Origin: Phoronis australis
Lineage: Eukaryota > Animalia > Phoronida
Length of the DNA: 64,000 nt
Direction: 5' to 3'
Assembly (NCBI GenBank): GCA_002633005.1
Contig: NMRA01000660.1
Span: 1-64,000, forward strand
Position numbers and translations under genes: made by a program. The stretch's first letter is position 1; each line of letters opens with the position of its first letter. The notes beneath the pieces are model-generated. The model saw only the letters and a list, made by a program, of their open reading frames with translations. It ran no database searches and was not told the origin of the DNA. Of this stretch, positions 1 to 14,300 are shown piece after piece.

Positions 1-3000
1 GCAAAAATCACCATGCCTTTCTGAGGAAGTTTCGAACGGCTCCATCAACACACTTTCCCAGAAGTTTGACAGCCTTCATTCTCACGCGAATTACTCATTC
101 AGAGTTCGAGCTTCAAATAACGACCTTCCTGGACCATGGAGCGAATGGAGTTATAGTGTGGTCGCAGAAAGTGGTAAGATACAGAATTAATATATTTGCA
201 TTAGAACTGCACTAAAAGGTCCAACAACCAGGGGATCTTCGACCTTCGAGGATACGGTTCGTCTCGTTTTATTAGTTAATGACGACTTTTTGTGAGCTCA
301 TGTGCTTCGCTCGTCGTGCATGCCGAGATCTCAGCATCACTTTCATGATCTCGCCACCATTCTCGCATGTACCTGGCTTTACTGAATGCAGTCCAGAGCT
401 AAAATCACTATATATGCACTAAAGACAAAGATTATACTGGTATACTGGAGATGCAAAGAATTTGAAGCCACAAATTAACAGGACACACCAATCCTGATAT
501 AGGACCAAAAAGCATAATTGCTTCTGTTCTTTGTTTTTTATCTGAAACCGTGGTGATGTTGCGACATTGTTTAGTTTTAGTTTTTTTAAGAAAAACGTTT
601 CTCGAAACGAGGACTTTCTTTACTCAACTCGAATTAAGATTCAGTGGTTGATGACTGGCCGCACTCGATTCCTGTGACAGAAGACTTGACTGCAATGTCA
701 ACGATCCATGACCAGGTCCCTCCACACCTGACCCAAAATAAAACGTCGCGGATATGTTGTTTTAATCTGTAGTTGGGCCTTCCTTGCAACATTGTGCATG
801 TAGATACAATAGTAAGATACTGGGGCTTTAATGGGTTGGATGATTCTGGTAATTACATTGTATTTTGTAGCGATGTTGTTATGGTGTGCCGTGCCTCCAG
901 TCTCACAATGTCTAATTTGCCTCAACAGCTCCACCACCACCTAGGAACCTAAATGTGGTAGACATGAACATAACATACGTCACTATCGACTGGAAACCAC
1001 CGTGTCCCTCTAACGGCGTAATTCGTGAATATAGTGTTCGACACCGCAGTCTCAATGAAAGCAAAGACTTCATTACAGCACCATGTAGTGAATGCTCATC
1101 CCTGACACTTTTCAACCTCAAGTTCAAACATATTTACGAGTTTCAGGTAACATAAATTGCTTTAATAACAGTCTCATTACAGGCACATGTGTTTATTGAT
1201 GAAACATGGACCACTATTCATTCAGATATTGAGGTCTTTAAAAAGCATAAAATGCAAAATGGTTCAAGTGGACCTTCATGGACGGGTGTAAAAGTACGAA
1301 AAAAACATTGAGTGCCGTTTGAATACCTTCACATTATGTAAATGCATTACAAAGTTCGACAGTACAAGCTTTCCATCCGTTTTGGAAGACTATTAAGAAA
1401 CGCCATTCACGAGGCGCCCGGCGTTCATATAAAGCTTATAATAGGAGTTAACACCTTGCTTCACCTTTGTCTTTTACAACCTCCCAGATTTTATCAACGG
1501 TTTTCCAGAAAGCTAAAAACAGACCTTTAAACAGGTGAGTTCGTCTGGGACGAACTCCTTATCCACGGAGTGTGCACTTGCCGAGTTTGCTGTCGTGAAC
1601 GGTTGATGAATCCAAAGTGACCAATGGTCAGTTTACAGTACAATTCTGTGTGACATTTCACATATAAAGTATGTATGATGTGATTACCACGAATAAACAC
1701 GTCAAAGTGAGAACAAAAATTACTTGCACAGTTAATCATGGTATATGTGATGCAAAGTCAAAGGGGTATTTTAAAAATCCTCGAATTTAATTTGGTGTGC
1801 GTGTAACAATTTTACGATCGGAAATTGGAAATACAGCGGTGACCTCGCCTCTGCAGTGTTTCCTTATTCACGTTTGATGTTTTACAGATCCGGGCAAAAA
1901 CCAGCGAATGGGGCTCCTGGAGCACCTCTGTATATGAAACAATTGAGGAAGGAGGTGAGATTAATCTATTTTTGAGGTTTTGTTCTAGCAGACCCTCAAC
2001 TGTTAACAGACACGTCGTAGAAGGGAAAAAATCTGCCTAAAGTTTTGCTAACCAAAGCGTCACCTGAGGTAGTTGTGCTTCCCAAATGAACCAAAACAAA
2101 GAAATGGGTGCCACTGCACTCAAAAAACATCGGGTGACGAAAGAGGTCGCCAGTATTGTCGAAATCATCTACCTATACCGCAAGAATCTCGTGTGGCACG
2201 CCTTTCTGTTAAAAGTACATTTACCGAAAAGTTAATGTCGTGATTTGAGAAACAACCTTAAAAGTAAGACAGCCCAATTCGTCATTTTCAACACGCCTAT
2301 TGACCTAGTTTTATTTGACTACCGTTCGGAACAAGGCTAGTCGTCGAGGTTTTCTATTAGCGGAAGGGGAAACAGACAGCGGGATCATCTTGAAATTAGT
2401 CTTTTTAATGATGAACTGGATATTGAAAAGTTCTTGTGGGCATAACAAAAGGTGATTATTTTAAGACCCGGATTCTTGAAGACCGTGAACGTAGAGCATT
2501 CCAAATATCTTTGAAAACCGTTTCTTGACAAAGAGTCGAACAGGCGGCACATCTCGCTGGCGCTGGTTTCTTACTATTGTGAGCCTGCAAGTAGACACCA
2601 TTGCTTGGGGGGACTTCTTTGGAATTATAATCTCTGACGTGCCACCTGTTGGCCACATCGTGTTTTAAAATTATATCAAGCTGTTTGGTGGAGTTCATCA
2701 AAAGCTTGCTATCACATCTGAAGATGCACCGTTGGCATCTCTCGTGAGTGGTAACAACATTCAAATAACACATTCCCACTGTTCATGAATTCGATTTTGT
2801 GTTTCGAAGTATGCAGTCTTTCTCAACAATCGTCGTTAGTAAAATACCAAAAAACAACACTCTGTGCTTCACGCCGACGTTTCGATATTACTAAAAATCC
2901 TCACCAGGCATACATAATACAACCAGTACTTACATGGAAAAAAATACCAGAACTGCACATCCAACCTTCAGCACAGATCTTGTTTGTATGCCCCATTGTT

Positions 3001-5327
3001 CTGGTTTAGTGACTACAGGATATTGCTTTATGAGGAGTGACTGGCGGATTAACATCCTAATACAGTTATTGCCTTTGGTCAGGACACTACCACTGTCACT
3101 GTCACTGACGACGTCATTATACTTCCAGTTCCTGACAGGCCAAACGACGTTATTTGCAAGTCACGTGGACAGACCTCGCTATCAGTGGGATGGGAGGAAC
3201 CTACTCGAAAAAACGGATACTTGACGCGATACAACGTACGTTTTGCTAATTTGTGGTGTTCTAATTCTAAAGATATTAGCTAACTAAAATTCCTTGGCCT
3301 TTTGTGTGCCTTTGAATGGACAGGGTATGCTGAAACAGGAAACCTTTGCACGTGTGCCAGGTGATCAGAATGACAGTAGATCTTAACATATAGATCGAAT
3401 GGAGTTTTTGCAGATAACACAGGAAAGAAACTGTATAGATAACTCAATTGCACAAAGCTCTTGGAAAGTGTACTGTGGTCTATTGTGATTTATCGCCAAA
3501 CATCACCTTAAACGAAATGGGTTGGTGCTTTTATTTACAATGAAGAAAGGGTAACTTATTTTTACACCATATTTGAAAAATTGAACGTGGACCATGCGCA
3601 TCTTTTGCAAATCAAGTCCATTTCTGGTTTTTGGTGCTGGTTCGAACAGAATATCCCGCTATTTTGTTTGCAATTTACATGCCTGCGCTTTGCATTTTGG
3701 TTGATTTGGCAACTTGAACATACATGTATATTATTAAACATAAGAAATGTGATCATTTCTTGTAAATGTTGCGCTGTTCATGGCTTCACATTAAGCTATA
3801 TTTCGACGTTTGTGGTTTTATTAAGAGCTGAAAACACGAGCATACAAAACCTTTTTTATTCCCAAATGTTGCCCGTGGTCGTGTTTTTGGTTCATGTACT
3901 TTCTGTATCTAAAATGATAGAATACGTTTTGTCAGTAAACAAGAAAAGACGAGCGTTTAATTGGCCGTCTTTGATTTTAGATCCCTCTATTTGAAGTATG
4001 AGATTTTTTAAACTGAAATTTAAGCCAACTCAGGGAGAAACGGAAGGCCTTCAAGTGATGTACTTAGTTTTGATAAAACATAATGAAACTTTTGATGTGA
4101 TACCTCAAAGTGAGAGTATGGGTGCACTCAGCAAAGAGACCGTGAGGACGTTGTGATAGACTGCAATTTTAATGGTAATGCGTTGGGTCGCGTTTCCACC
4201 ATTCTTGAAATAAATTTGGCACGTGTAAGTGGCTATGGACGGGATGGGAGATCTCAGCGTTTGGTTAATGTATAGTATATTTATCCGCTGCATGGTGTCA
4301 ATGCTGTGATTTTAAAAAGTCGACAAATTCAGCAACTTAGTCTAGCAACACTCAATTCCACATGATGCCGAAGGATAAGGCATAATTTGACAACAATTTT
4401 CTACACAAAGTTTTAACATGGGTCTCGTAGCCCTATTTCACAGCTCTAGGTCTTGCTATCAACAGACGGCCAGGTATGAGTGCCACCCCGTGTTTGGAAG
4501 ACCAATTTTATTACCATCCCCTCAAAATGACCACCTTATGCACCCCGTAATTAGCATTCAGGTGAAATCAAGTATCCATCAGTCCTCCTCGGACGTCTGG
4601 CTAACACGTGACCATATGGGCGTCTAGCTAATAAGTCACGATATGGACGTCTGACTAATAAGTGACCATATTGGCATCTGACCAATAAGTCACGATATGG
4701 ACGTCTCGCTAATAAGTGACCATATTGACGTCTGACTAATGAGCGACCAAAAGCCCTTTTAAGTAGCGTAAAGCTTTACCTGCACAGCCCGACTACATAT
4801 TCCACATTCTGGTGGTTTATTTATTACCAGATTAAGTATTGTCATTCTCCGATATAACGGCGACATTATGAAATACGCCTTATTGCTAGTCGGCGATCTG
4901 GTAGTTGGTGGACAGCGCTGTGTACGGTTTTAATGCAGTAGGATGTTCTCTACTGTTTTTCATAAATGCTTTGCTGTCAAGATGCCTTCAAACTGCCAGT
5001 GAAGTGCAGTGGCATGTTAAACTAGCCACAACAATACAAATGCTCCAGTTGACTACAGGTGCGCGCCACGTTAGATACTGTCAGAATCAGGGGAAATAGA
5101 GCGGCTTACTAATTCTATATAAAATGTTATTTGTGGATTATCGATCTTCTAGATTTCATGGACACCGAAAAATGTAAGACAAGTATCTGAGACTGTGAGC
5201 TCAGGTACCTTGACCTTTGATGTACGTGATCTAGAGCCTGGCACGAGGTACACCTTTCACGTGCAGGCGAGCACTTCCGTTGGATTTGGACCGCCCGCAG
5301 CGAGAGATTGTTGGACGACTTTGTCTG
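1..5327 (+). other. RPTP ectodomain FN3 exons
   Basis: Translations ...[58 protein letters not shown]...[24 protein letters not shown]...[23 protein letters not shown]...[23 protein letters not shown] carry the FN3 W/Y/L/Y pattern. Confidence 0.9.
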
Positions 5328-8300
5328 GTATGTTATTAATTTTGTCAAAAATAATGTGGTCTCGACTTTTAGCATAACGTCGTCTAACCTAAATCGGTCT
5401 TACATATATTCGCTAAACGGTAGCTGAGGTCTCCAAACCTCTTTGACTGGAGCCGAAAATGGAGAAAAAGATAAACTTTCGGTGAAGAACTGATGAACTC
5501 CGTTTTTGCCTGCCTTGGCCCCGTAGTATTTCAAATGTGTGCCTGGCAATTTCGTGGCGATTTCGTGGCGATTTTTTACCCGGCCACAAACAAAATCTGA
5601 GGTCGAATTGGCCACACACACGTCGCGATCGAGCTCATGTGATCATTACATGTACATGTAAACATGCTTTACGACGTGAGCCTTGCTTCATTAAAATATC
5701 AAAACTTTACGATACTTCTACAAAATATGAAACGGAGACGTACGTCAAAACTGATGACTGGTCATAAGACTCTTACATGTATAAAAATTAAAACATTTTA
5801 ACGAAACAGAGGCATGGTTACTTATTCAAGTTAAAATGTTTTCACATCAATTTCGAAAAACAATGGAGATTAAGTCTTGTGAAAATGAACACGTCACATG
5901 ACACCCGACAAGCAAACAAGATGTCAAAGGCAAATACATTGTCGCTAATCGACGTTCCTGGTGGAATCGATTAGTGTTTTATGCAATATCCGAAAACGCT
6001 TCGACAAAGACAACAGGCAATCGTTTCAGCAAAGAATCCTACGTTCACGATGTGGAAATTTACAAAGGTGATGATGAAAATAAAGTATTCGAGGAAAAGT
6101 ATTTCGGAGCCACCGAAAATCCGAAGAACCCCACACGGGGTTCACTTTCACCTGACAAATGACAATGCCACTAATGCAAAATGTTGATGTAAAGTTNGTC
6201 AGTGGTGTGAAATACAAATTTTATAAGATTAATCTGAGCAATGGGCACCGACATTTTCATTAGCTTTACAAATTTATGTTTATTTGGTTCACGCCAGCAC
6301 CACTCATATATACATGTGAATGTAGTTCTCAGAGAATAGTACATTTTACAAACACATATAAAATGGTATTCATCTTCAACACACACGGTAGTTTTGGTTC
6401 ACAAGAGCATGTCTACATTTCACAATCATCAAGGTATGGTTTGACCAATGTAATTTAGGCATAGCTGCGAAAAAGATTTATGGATTATCACGCAACAGAT
6501 AGGATTCCATTTCAAAATCAACTTTAAATGAGGAATATGTATTTAAGTTTTGAGCTATTCTCCACAGCAAAGCTCTAGTCTTGTAAAAAACAATCTTTAA
6601 TTCGCTTCTCAAAAATGACAAGAAAAGATGCTTCACAGCCAACTCCCTGATTGTACCATACCAATATAAAACCATACCTTTGCAGCAAATTCCTAACAGA
6701 TGAAGCCCATTTTTTCCTACCAGCCTCGTCCAATATGACAAGTTTGTCATACAGAGATTTTAGATTTCGATGTGCTGACCTTTTTAACAATAAACCAATA
6801 CTTGATCAGTTTAACAACCAGCTTTACATATAGTGGATACCTTCCCAGTTCTCCCAGCACAGCATGATTTGGACAGTTACTTCCAACACCCAGCAGTTGC
6901 TTACAGAATATCAGTTGAGCGCGCTCGATACTAGAATATACTAGACTATTCTTTAAATCCCCAAATCTCACTTCCATAGCTAGTGATTGGGTATATCAAG
7001 CGCAATTTTCGGTGAAAGTCGTCCACATTTTGACTGAGACAAAGTTCCCGTAGCTTGCGTCCAGAATAACTTACCAGTAAGTTAAATACCCATGTACTTA
7101 TATGATGAGACAACATCAATTTTGTCATTTCCGAAATTCCATTTTTCGTAATTTATCAGTGGTCCGCCTTTTCTAAATACCATTATTTTGGTTTTTGTAA
7201 GGTTGACTGTCATACCCCAAGCCTGACAGTATTCATGCAGAGCGTAAATTTGTTGCTGTAGTTTTACTGCTTTCCCTGCACGACCAACCATATCATCAGC
7301 GTATAGCTACATACAAATTTGAGGCACATTCTCATTTACGTTAATTCCTCTAATTAAAGATTCTTTTAAGTAATCAACAAATTCGTTCAAATACATACTA
7401 AATAAAAAGGACTAAGCATACACCCTTGGCGAGTACCAATATTATTACTGAAAAAGTCAGTTAACCCACGCTCAGTTCTTACACACGCTCTTAGCTTTGA
7501 ATACATACTTCTCTTCAATTTTAAAACACTGCCATTAATTTCTATTTTTGGTAGCTTATTCCACAAAAATTGATGTGAAATGCTGTCAAAGGCCCGAGAA
7601 AAATCTACGTATATAGCATAAAATCTGCCCCTGCGCTTACTCAAATACTAATGAACAATTCCTTGTAAGGTAAAAAGTTGGTCTATTGTACTATAGCACT
7701 TTCTAAAACCAGTCTGAGCTTTGTTAAGTAAGTCATTATCGTAAGCCCAACTTGTTTATAATTTTCGTAAAAAAATTCCCGAGAACAGGAAGAAGTGAAC
7801 TACCCCGATAATTATTTACATCATTGACGTCCCCTTGCTTATGCAATGGACATGTTATAGCGTCACACCAGGACTGAGGAAATTCCCCTAATCGTAGAGC
7901 ACTATTAAAAAGGTTTGTCAAGACAGATGATATATACTCTTTGGTGGACTTAAAGAGTTCATAGACGAGTCCGCCAACACCGGAAGCTTTTACGTTCGGA
8001 AGGTCTCGAAAAACGAAAAAAATCTCACTTTCACTAAAATCAAGATTCAATTGATTTGGGTCATCTACCATACAGTCATCATCAATACCACTTCTCAAGA
8101 TTTCTACACCATTCTTTTCAATTTGATTTTCATAAACTGTCGCACCATCAGGTGGTAAGTAAACACAACAGAGTAATACATCCTTTTCAGTACAAAATAG
8201 ACTCTTACCAATTAATAGAAAAATACCAAAATCGAAATCATATTTCACTCGTGTTACATACCGAGCTAAACATTTTTTACAAACACACATACTCCACCGG

Positions 8301-11300
8301 AGTTTCTACCCAACCCCTCTTTCTTTAAATTAACTTTACTGAAACATTTGTACCCAGGCAAAAAGTTATCAAACTGATTTTCGTTCGCTGCCCAAGTTTC
8401 CACAACTCCAACTAAATGAAAAGAAGATAAACATTCAACGATACTTTTGTTCTCTGTTTTGCTACCTAATCCGTGTACATTCTAGACTAGTGTACATGTA
8501 CTTAATTCGCTGGTCCTTGAAGGCTCTGGGCCGTGGCCAAACAGCTAGGCATTTCTGTAGATATCTTGCATGTTTTTTAACCATTTTCTCTGCATCATCG
8601 TAAACAAACTGTTTTCCACGCCAATAAGCTTGTTGTCTAATCTTCGAACGAAATATTTCGATTAAAAAACTCAGGTTTATACTGTAGTTCAAACACACAC
8701 TCACCTTTCCAAGGCAAGCAGTTAGCTCCGGTAGGTCTAGGGCTGTGTGCAAGTCAAATTAATGCACGTAATTGTACCATTAAGACACTTAAGTTAGGCT
8801 TACCTTCTGACGACCTTGGCATTTTTTGTAGTTTCATCGTATGAAGGTGGCTTGCTGTTATTTTTAAACTTAGCATGATCATTAAACTGTGGTATGGTTA
8901 CAAAAAATGACAAGTCTGGTGTAGTGGTAAAAATGGCTATTGACAAGAATAACTCAAATTCCGTTTTTAAAGCTTCATAAATCTAAATGTCATGTTTAAC
9001 AGCTTCAAAAGGAGCTCTCTGTAACTCTAGACGCTCTCATCAAAAAGTAACTCAACTGTTTATTGTTTCATGACAACAGCTCGAACAAGGCTTTGAGTTC
9101 AGTAATCCAATGCCCCCTCCCTGTGCCGATCGAATCTGAATTTTAGAAAGTTGAACGCCAGCTTACGGGTGTATTAATGGCAAAAATGAATCTCTGCTAC
9201 CAAAAAAAAATGTCTATAGGTCGAAATGACTAGAAAATAGTAAAAAATAGTAAAAAATAAAAAAAAACAATTTCCAGGGAATATCGCTAGGCTGTAGTGC
9301 TGAGATCCAGCAGGTGCCGAGACAAAGGCGGCCACTAGAGTGAAACTCCGGAGTCAAAATCAGATAAGCCTACACTATAGCCACCAAACTGGAACAAATA
9401 TATTTGTGCATAACCTTCGAGTAATCAAGCAAAATTGCCAAGTTCAGCTGCTCATGTACGTGGCTGTTTGCACAGTTTGATACCTTGTTTAAACATTTCG
9501 ACATCACTTTTCGGCTTAGGAGATGCCTAAAAATGACAGGTTATGCTTCTCGAGTTACATAACGGCTATCAGAATTACACACGCCGCATCAACACCGTAT
9601 CACCATTCTTATCACGCAATTTCTTGATCTGTAGACTAAAACAGGTTTTACACCACAACGTATTGTTTGTCGGGTAAAATGGCGGCTTGTCAACACAAAC
9701 GAAGGTGTGTCAAAGATGCTGCGTTCGGATTGGCCAGTTAAGCCGTCAATCGTAATCCTGTTGATAGGTCAATTGTCTATTGCCTACGCGAACAAAAAAT
9801 CGTAATAATCAGTGTCTGTTTACGCCAGCTAAATTTCTCATTTCAGACATTCCCAAGTTTCAATTACCACAGACAGACAGGGAGGAAGTGACGTCAACCA
9901 CTGCAAAGTTACCTGTGGAACCTATAAAAGACTATCGAAACAAAGAAGATATCAGGTAACTCTGTTCCATATTGACAGAACCTCTGATTTGCTAGTCTCT
10001 ACAAAAGGTTGACCTTTCACATCTGGTCCCTTGATAAACCACATGGTAGACAATCGACACCTGGAGTGGATAAGTGTCAGAGTGTTTAATAATGGGTTTG
10101 TGGACAGAATAAAGAAGCAAAACACAATTACACCATGTTTGGGGTGAAACTTCTTCTTACCAGGGTATTGTGGGCAAAGTTTTCGCTCTGCTAGGAGCTG
10201 CTTTTCGTAGACGCATCTCTCAGACATAGGCCTTGTTTTCAACGAATGTCTAGCAGACATCGGCGGGAATTGATGATATAAAATCACAGCAAAGACAGAC
10301 TTTATTGCTTTATAACTTTGATCAGGCCATCCAATTTACCTATTATACTTATTTACCTGTATTCATTTTATTGTAATTGTACTAGTCATAATAAATGACC
10401 TTATATCGCCTATATCAATCTCTTTTCATCTCTGGTAACGAGCTTGCGACGCACGTATCATTTATCTATTATCCGGGACATATGTCGATCATAAATGCGT
10501 CTTTTCGTTGAAATGATGACATCCCTTGGAAAAATACACTGAATTTAAAATGCTCTTAAACAGGTTTTACCTTGTGGTTGTTGAGATGAGAGCCACTCGT
10601 AAAAACGCAGAGTTGATTGACGTGTCAACGTTAAAAGGATTCTCGGAGGCAAGAGCTAAGGGTAGTCATCGTTACATAACTGCTAACCTGACTCTTGATG
10701 ACATGCTTGCGAAGGAAAGCTTTGTTATTGGAGACGGAAAAGTTTATGGAGGCTATACAAACGTGGCGCTTGAAGAAAGCAAAAAATACAGATTCTATTT
10801 GGGAGTCGTCGTTCAGAATGCTGTCGTGAGTATACACAGTGTTCTGTAATTGATTCGATTATATATTTTCTGAAAGCATAAGACGTTGTTGACGTCTTAT
10901 TTACTGTGTGTTATGCATCTCAACAAAATCAATTGCCATGTTTTAATCATACCCTTACGTTCACTTGTTTCAGGAGACGAAGGCACATTTTCAACTATAC
11001 CAGTTTAAAGGATTTACTCCAGGAGGTTATTTAGAAGGTAATTTTCAGATTAACAATATATTTGTGGTTCGTAAGCCCTAATAGCTATGACCTGAACTAT
11101 TTGGAACTGTTACTAGTTTAGTTTTGCTTGTCATACAGTAATTTCGATCGTCCTGAACGTAACAGCATTTCTAAACTAAACGCGTTACGAATGTTTGTTG
11201 GATGTAATTGCGTACTAGTTGTGTCTGAAATAATCTTATATGGCACTGCATGTAGTTTTTGTCAACGATTCCAGCAAGGAACTACAAACAAGAAAGATTA

Positions 11301-14300
11301 TTAACGATAGGTGGCTCTGGAGGTGGTGCTGCAGCATTCTTATTGGTAACAGTCATCTTGGTTCTTGTTTACCTGAGGTAAGAGTGTCTGGAAGTGAGTA
11401 TTGTGTCATGTTAGGCTCTCAATCGAAGGTATCGGTTTCATTTTCTACCTGTTCGACTGTACGTCACAGCTGGACCTTGCCTCCATTTGATTATTAACGA
11501 TAGGCGGCTCTGGAGGTGGTGTTGCAGCATTCTTCTTGGTAGCAGTCATCGTGGTTCTTGTTTACCTTAGGTAAGAGTGTCTGGAAGGAAATCTGTATTG
11601 TCTCATGCTAGGCTCTCAATCAAAGGTATTGTTTTCATTTTCTACTCATTCGATATGACGTCATAGCTTGACCTTGCCTCCTTTTGGTTCTTCTATTGAT
11701 CTCCCTCTGTGAATAGGGTTTATCTTTAGTATAGATCTTCAAATACAAATATTGAAATTAATAATGTTTTATTTTAAAAAATTAGGAACTCAGGGTAATG
11801 GGCATTTCTGATGTTGTTTGCCAAACCTGTGTCATATGGACAGTATAAAAACTGTTTTGGGCACAATTGTGCACATCAAACTACTCGTTAAGCTAAAACT
11901 CGAAGTTTGAGTAACAAGTTTAATTAACAGCATTCATTAATTTTACCTCACTGTGTTCTCAGACGTCGCCGATCTATCAAGAAAAAGATGTCCCCGGATG
12001 TTCAGTTGGATCGTAAAAGGAAGGTGAGCCGCAGCATTGCTAGGGTTCAGTCATCTTGAATGTGTGTGGTGAAGTCACAGAACACATTCGAGTTCAACGA
12101 GCGTTTTCCAAAGTTTCAAGAACAGGAGCAACAGTGAACAAAAACTCACTATCTGGATTTTCCGTAGATAAGCCCTCCCGAAAAATTATGCCCATGCGCG
12201 TTTACATGTATTTGGTGTTTTACTTCTGGGGTCAAGTGTTCAGATGGTGGAGAGTTAATTCGAAAATTCCTCTTAAAAGCCCACTTTAATCACAAATTCA
12301 ATTTAAATTTGTGGAGCATTTATACTTTATGAAAACGAACAAAGTGTTGACGATTTATGCATTTATTAAATTAAAATTTAAAAACAGTTGTAAGTAAAGT
12401 GCCAAAGTCATGAAACCTCTAAACATAGACCTATGTGGACTCAGTCCATGTCAATGTCTTCATCCTGCTCCTCCTCCAAATTTTCTGCTGACCCAGCTTG
12501 GTTACGATCATCTGTGCCACAACGAGATCTGGGAGCTTCATGCACATTAAATTTGTTGTCCAGCTGGGCAGATATTACAAAAAACTGATTGTCTATTGCA
12601 CAATTAACATTATTAACAGATATCAACGTATTCACAACAGTCCTTTTAAGGAATATCAATACACCCAGAAGGGTTGTTTCATTTACAAAAATACATATCG
12701 CGCTTCATGCTCGTATTTACGTAGGCCAAACTACGACTTTCCGTTTTCACGCGTCCCTTTTTCGAATAAACGCCCGGGCGTTGAATTGTTGTTACTAAAA
12801 CGCCTGGAAGTTTTCATTTTCCGAACACACATCCATGGGATTATTTACATAAAATCCCGTTATATCTGTTGTAGTCATACTATCATTCCTTAGCTGCCTC
12901 ACGCATGTGGCGATATTGTTCGTATACATTAATGTCTGAAAACTGTGGATCTTCGCTAAAGTTGATAGTCATATAGTACAAAATGTCTAAACTACAAGGC
13001 TAGGAGATTGCGATACACCGTGTCGAACGCAAAAAGCGATCCACGCACCTGCAAACACCATTCACTCACTTTCATACATGAAATCGGACTCACAAAACAC
13101 GACTTATCAGCCCAAAAAACACGGCCACGGACTATCATTCACGTAGAAACACGATACACGCACCGCCAAACAAAGTTCACTCCCATAACGCATGTCTAAT
13201 AAACAGTCACAAACTCGCCGTCTTACCGGGTAAGTAGCGCGAAATAAGTGATTATTACTACCCAGAAAAGAAATTGATCAACCTTCCTGCTTTTAGCAAC
13301 ACCTTTTCCTAGAAATTTGTTTTTTGGCCAAACAGCAAGTCTTTTTACGGAATTCGAACGATCCATTTCATTTTTAGAAGAAAGCAAGATAACCGAAGTC
13401 GCCACTCTCAATGTCAATATTCAGAACTGATGATACAAAAAGGTTTTGGACGCCAATAAATTTTAGAACGAATAAGCAGTTAAGAAAACGTTTATTGTTT
13501 CTAATACACAACAATTACATCACATTACAGACAAACATATGATCAAAATTATATTTAATCTAGCACCTATTACACCACTGTTAAGCCAACATCTAAATGG
13601 TTTCCGTAAAAAGTGTTTGGCGGTCCGTTTGTTGTGTTCTTAAGTGAATATAAGTCATGGTTGTTTTTTGGGTGAATGAATCGTGTTTTGTAAGTCCGAT
13701 CACGTGTATTTGATCCATTGAACGGTGTTTGCAGGTACATGAGTCGTGTTTTATGCGTCCAACATGTTGTTTTGCAATCCGTTAATCATGTAATTTAGGT
13801 ACCTTGTCAGTATGTGCTGAAACATTTTAACGTCATTTGTCTCTCCTTTTGGTTAAATTAACGCTCACGAGGACAGCTTTGTGTACAGTTTCATTAAGAA
13901 GTATTTTTTGGAGGAATTTACTCAGCTTTCAGGAACTTCTTACTAGAAATTAACCGTAATTCTTGAAAAACCTGCCGTCGAGTAAGCAATTAAGTGTTGA
14001 TATGCCTGTCGCAAAATTTGATCATACCAAAGTTAAATGTTTTACTGTTGGAGTGTGAAGCTTTTTCTAAACAATTCGAGGATATATTTTTGTAATATGT
14101 CATCGAACATTGCTTTGCAGGCCTTTTCCCTTCCAATACTGTTTTTGGTGGCTCTATAAAACGAGGTAACTTATGAACTCGTTCAACTTCCACTCGAAAA
14201 TATGTTTCTTTCTAAACTATTGTGAAAAGTTCCCTGCTTCAATTATATATTTCTTTGAATTATAAGGTACAGAACGAACGTCTGATATATTTCCCACTCA

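Noticed and set aside
2456-2779. 107-aa minus-strand ORF
   Set aside because: No recognisable motif; likely a chance ORF or an unidentifiable transposon remnant.
3414-3480. Extra RPTP exon after TTTTTGCAG
   Set aside because: Exons 3129-3235 and 5153-5327 already join into a complete FN3; no convincing donor or domain similarity.
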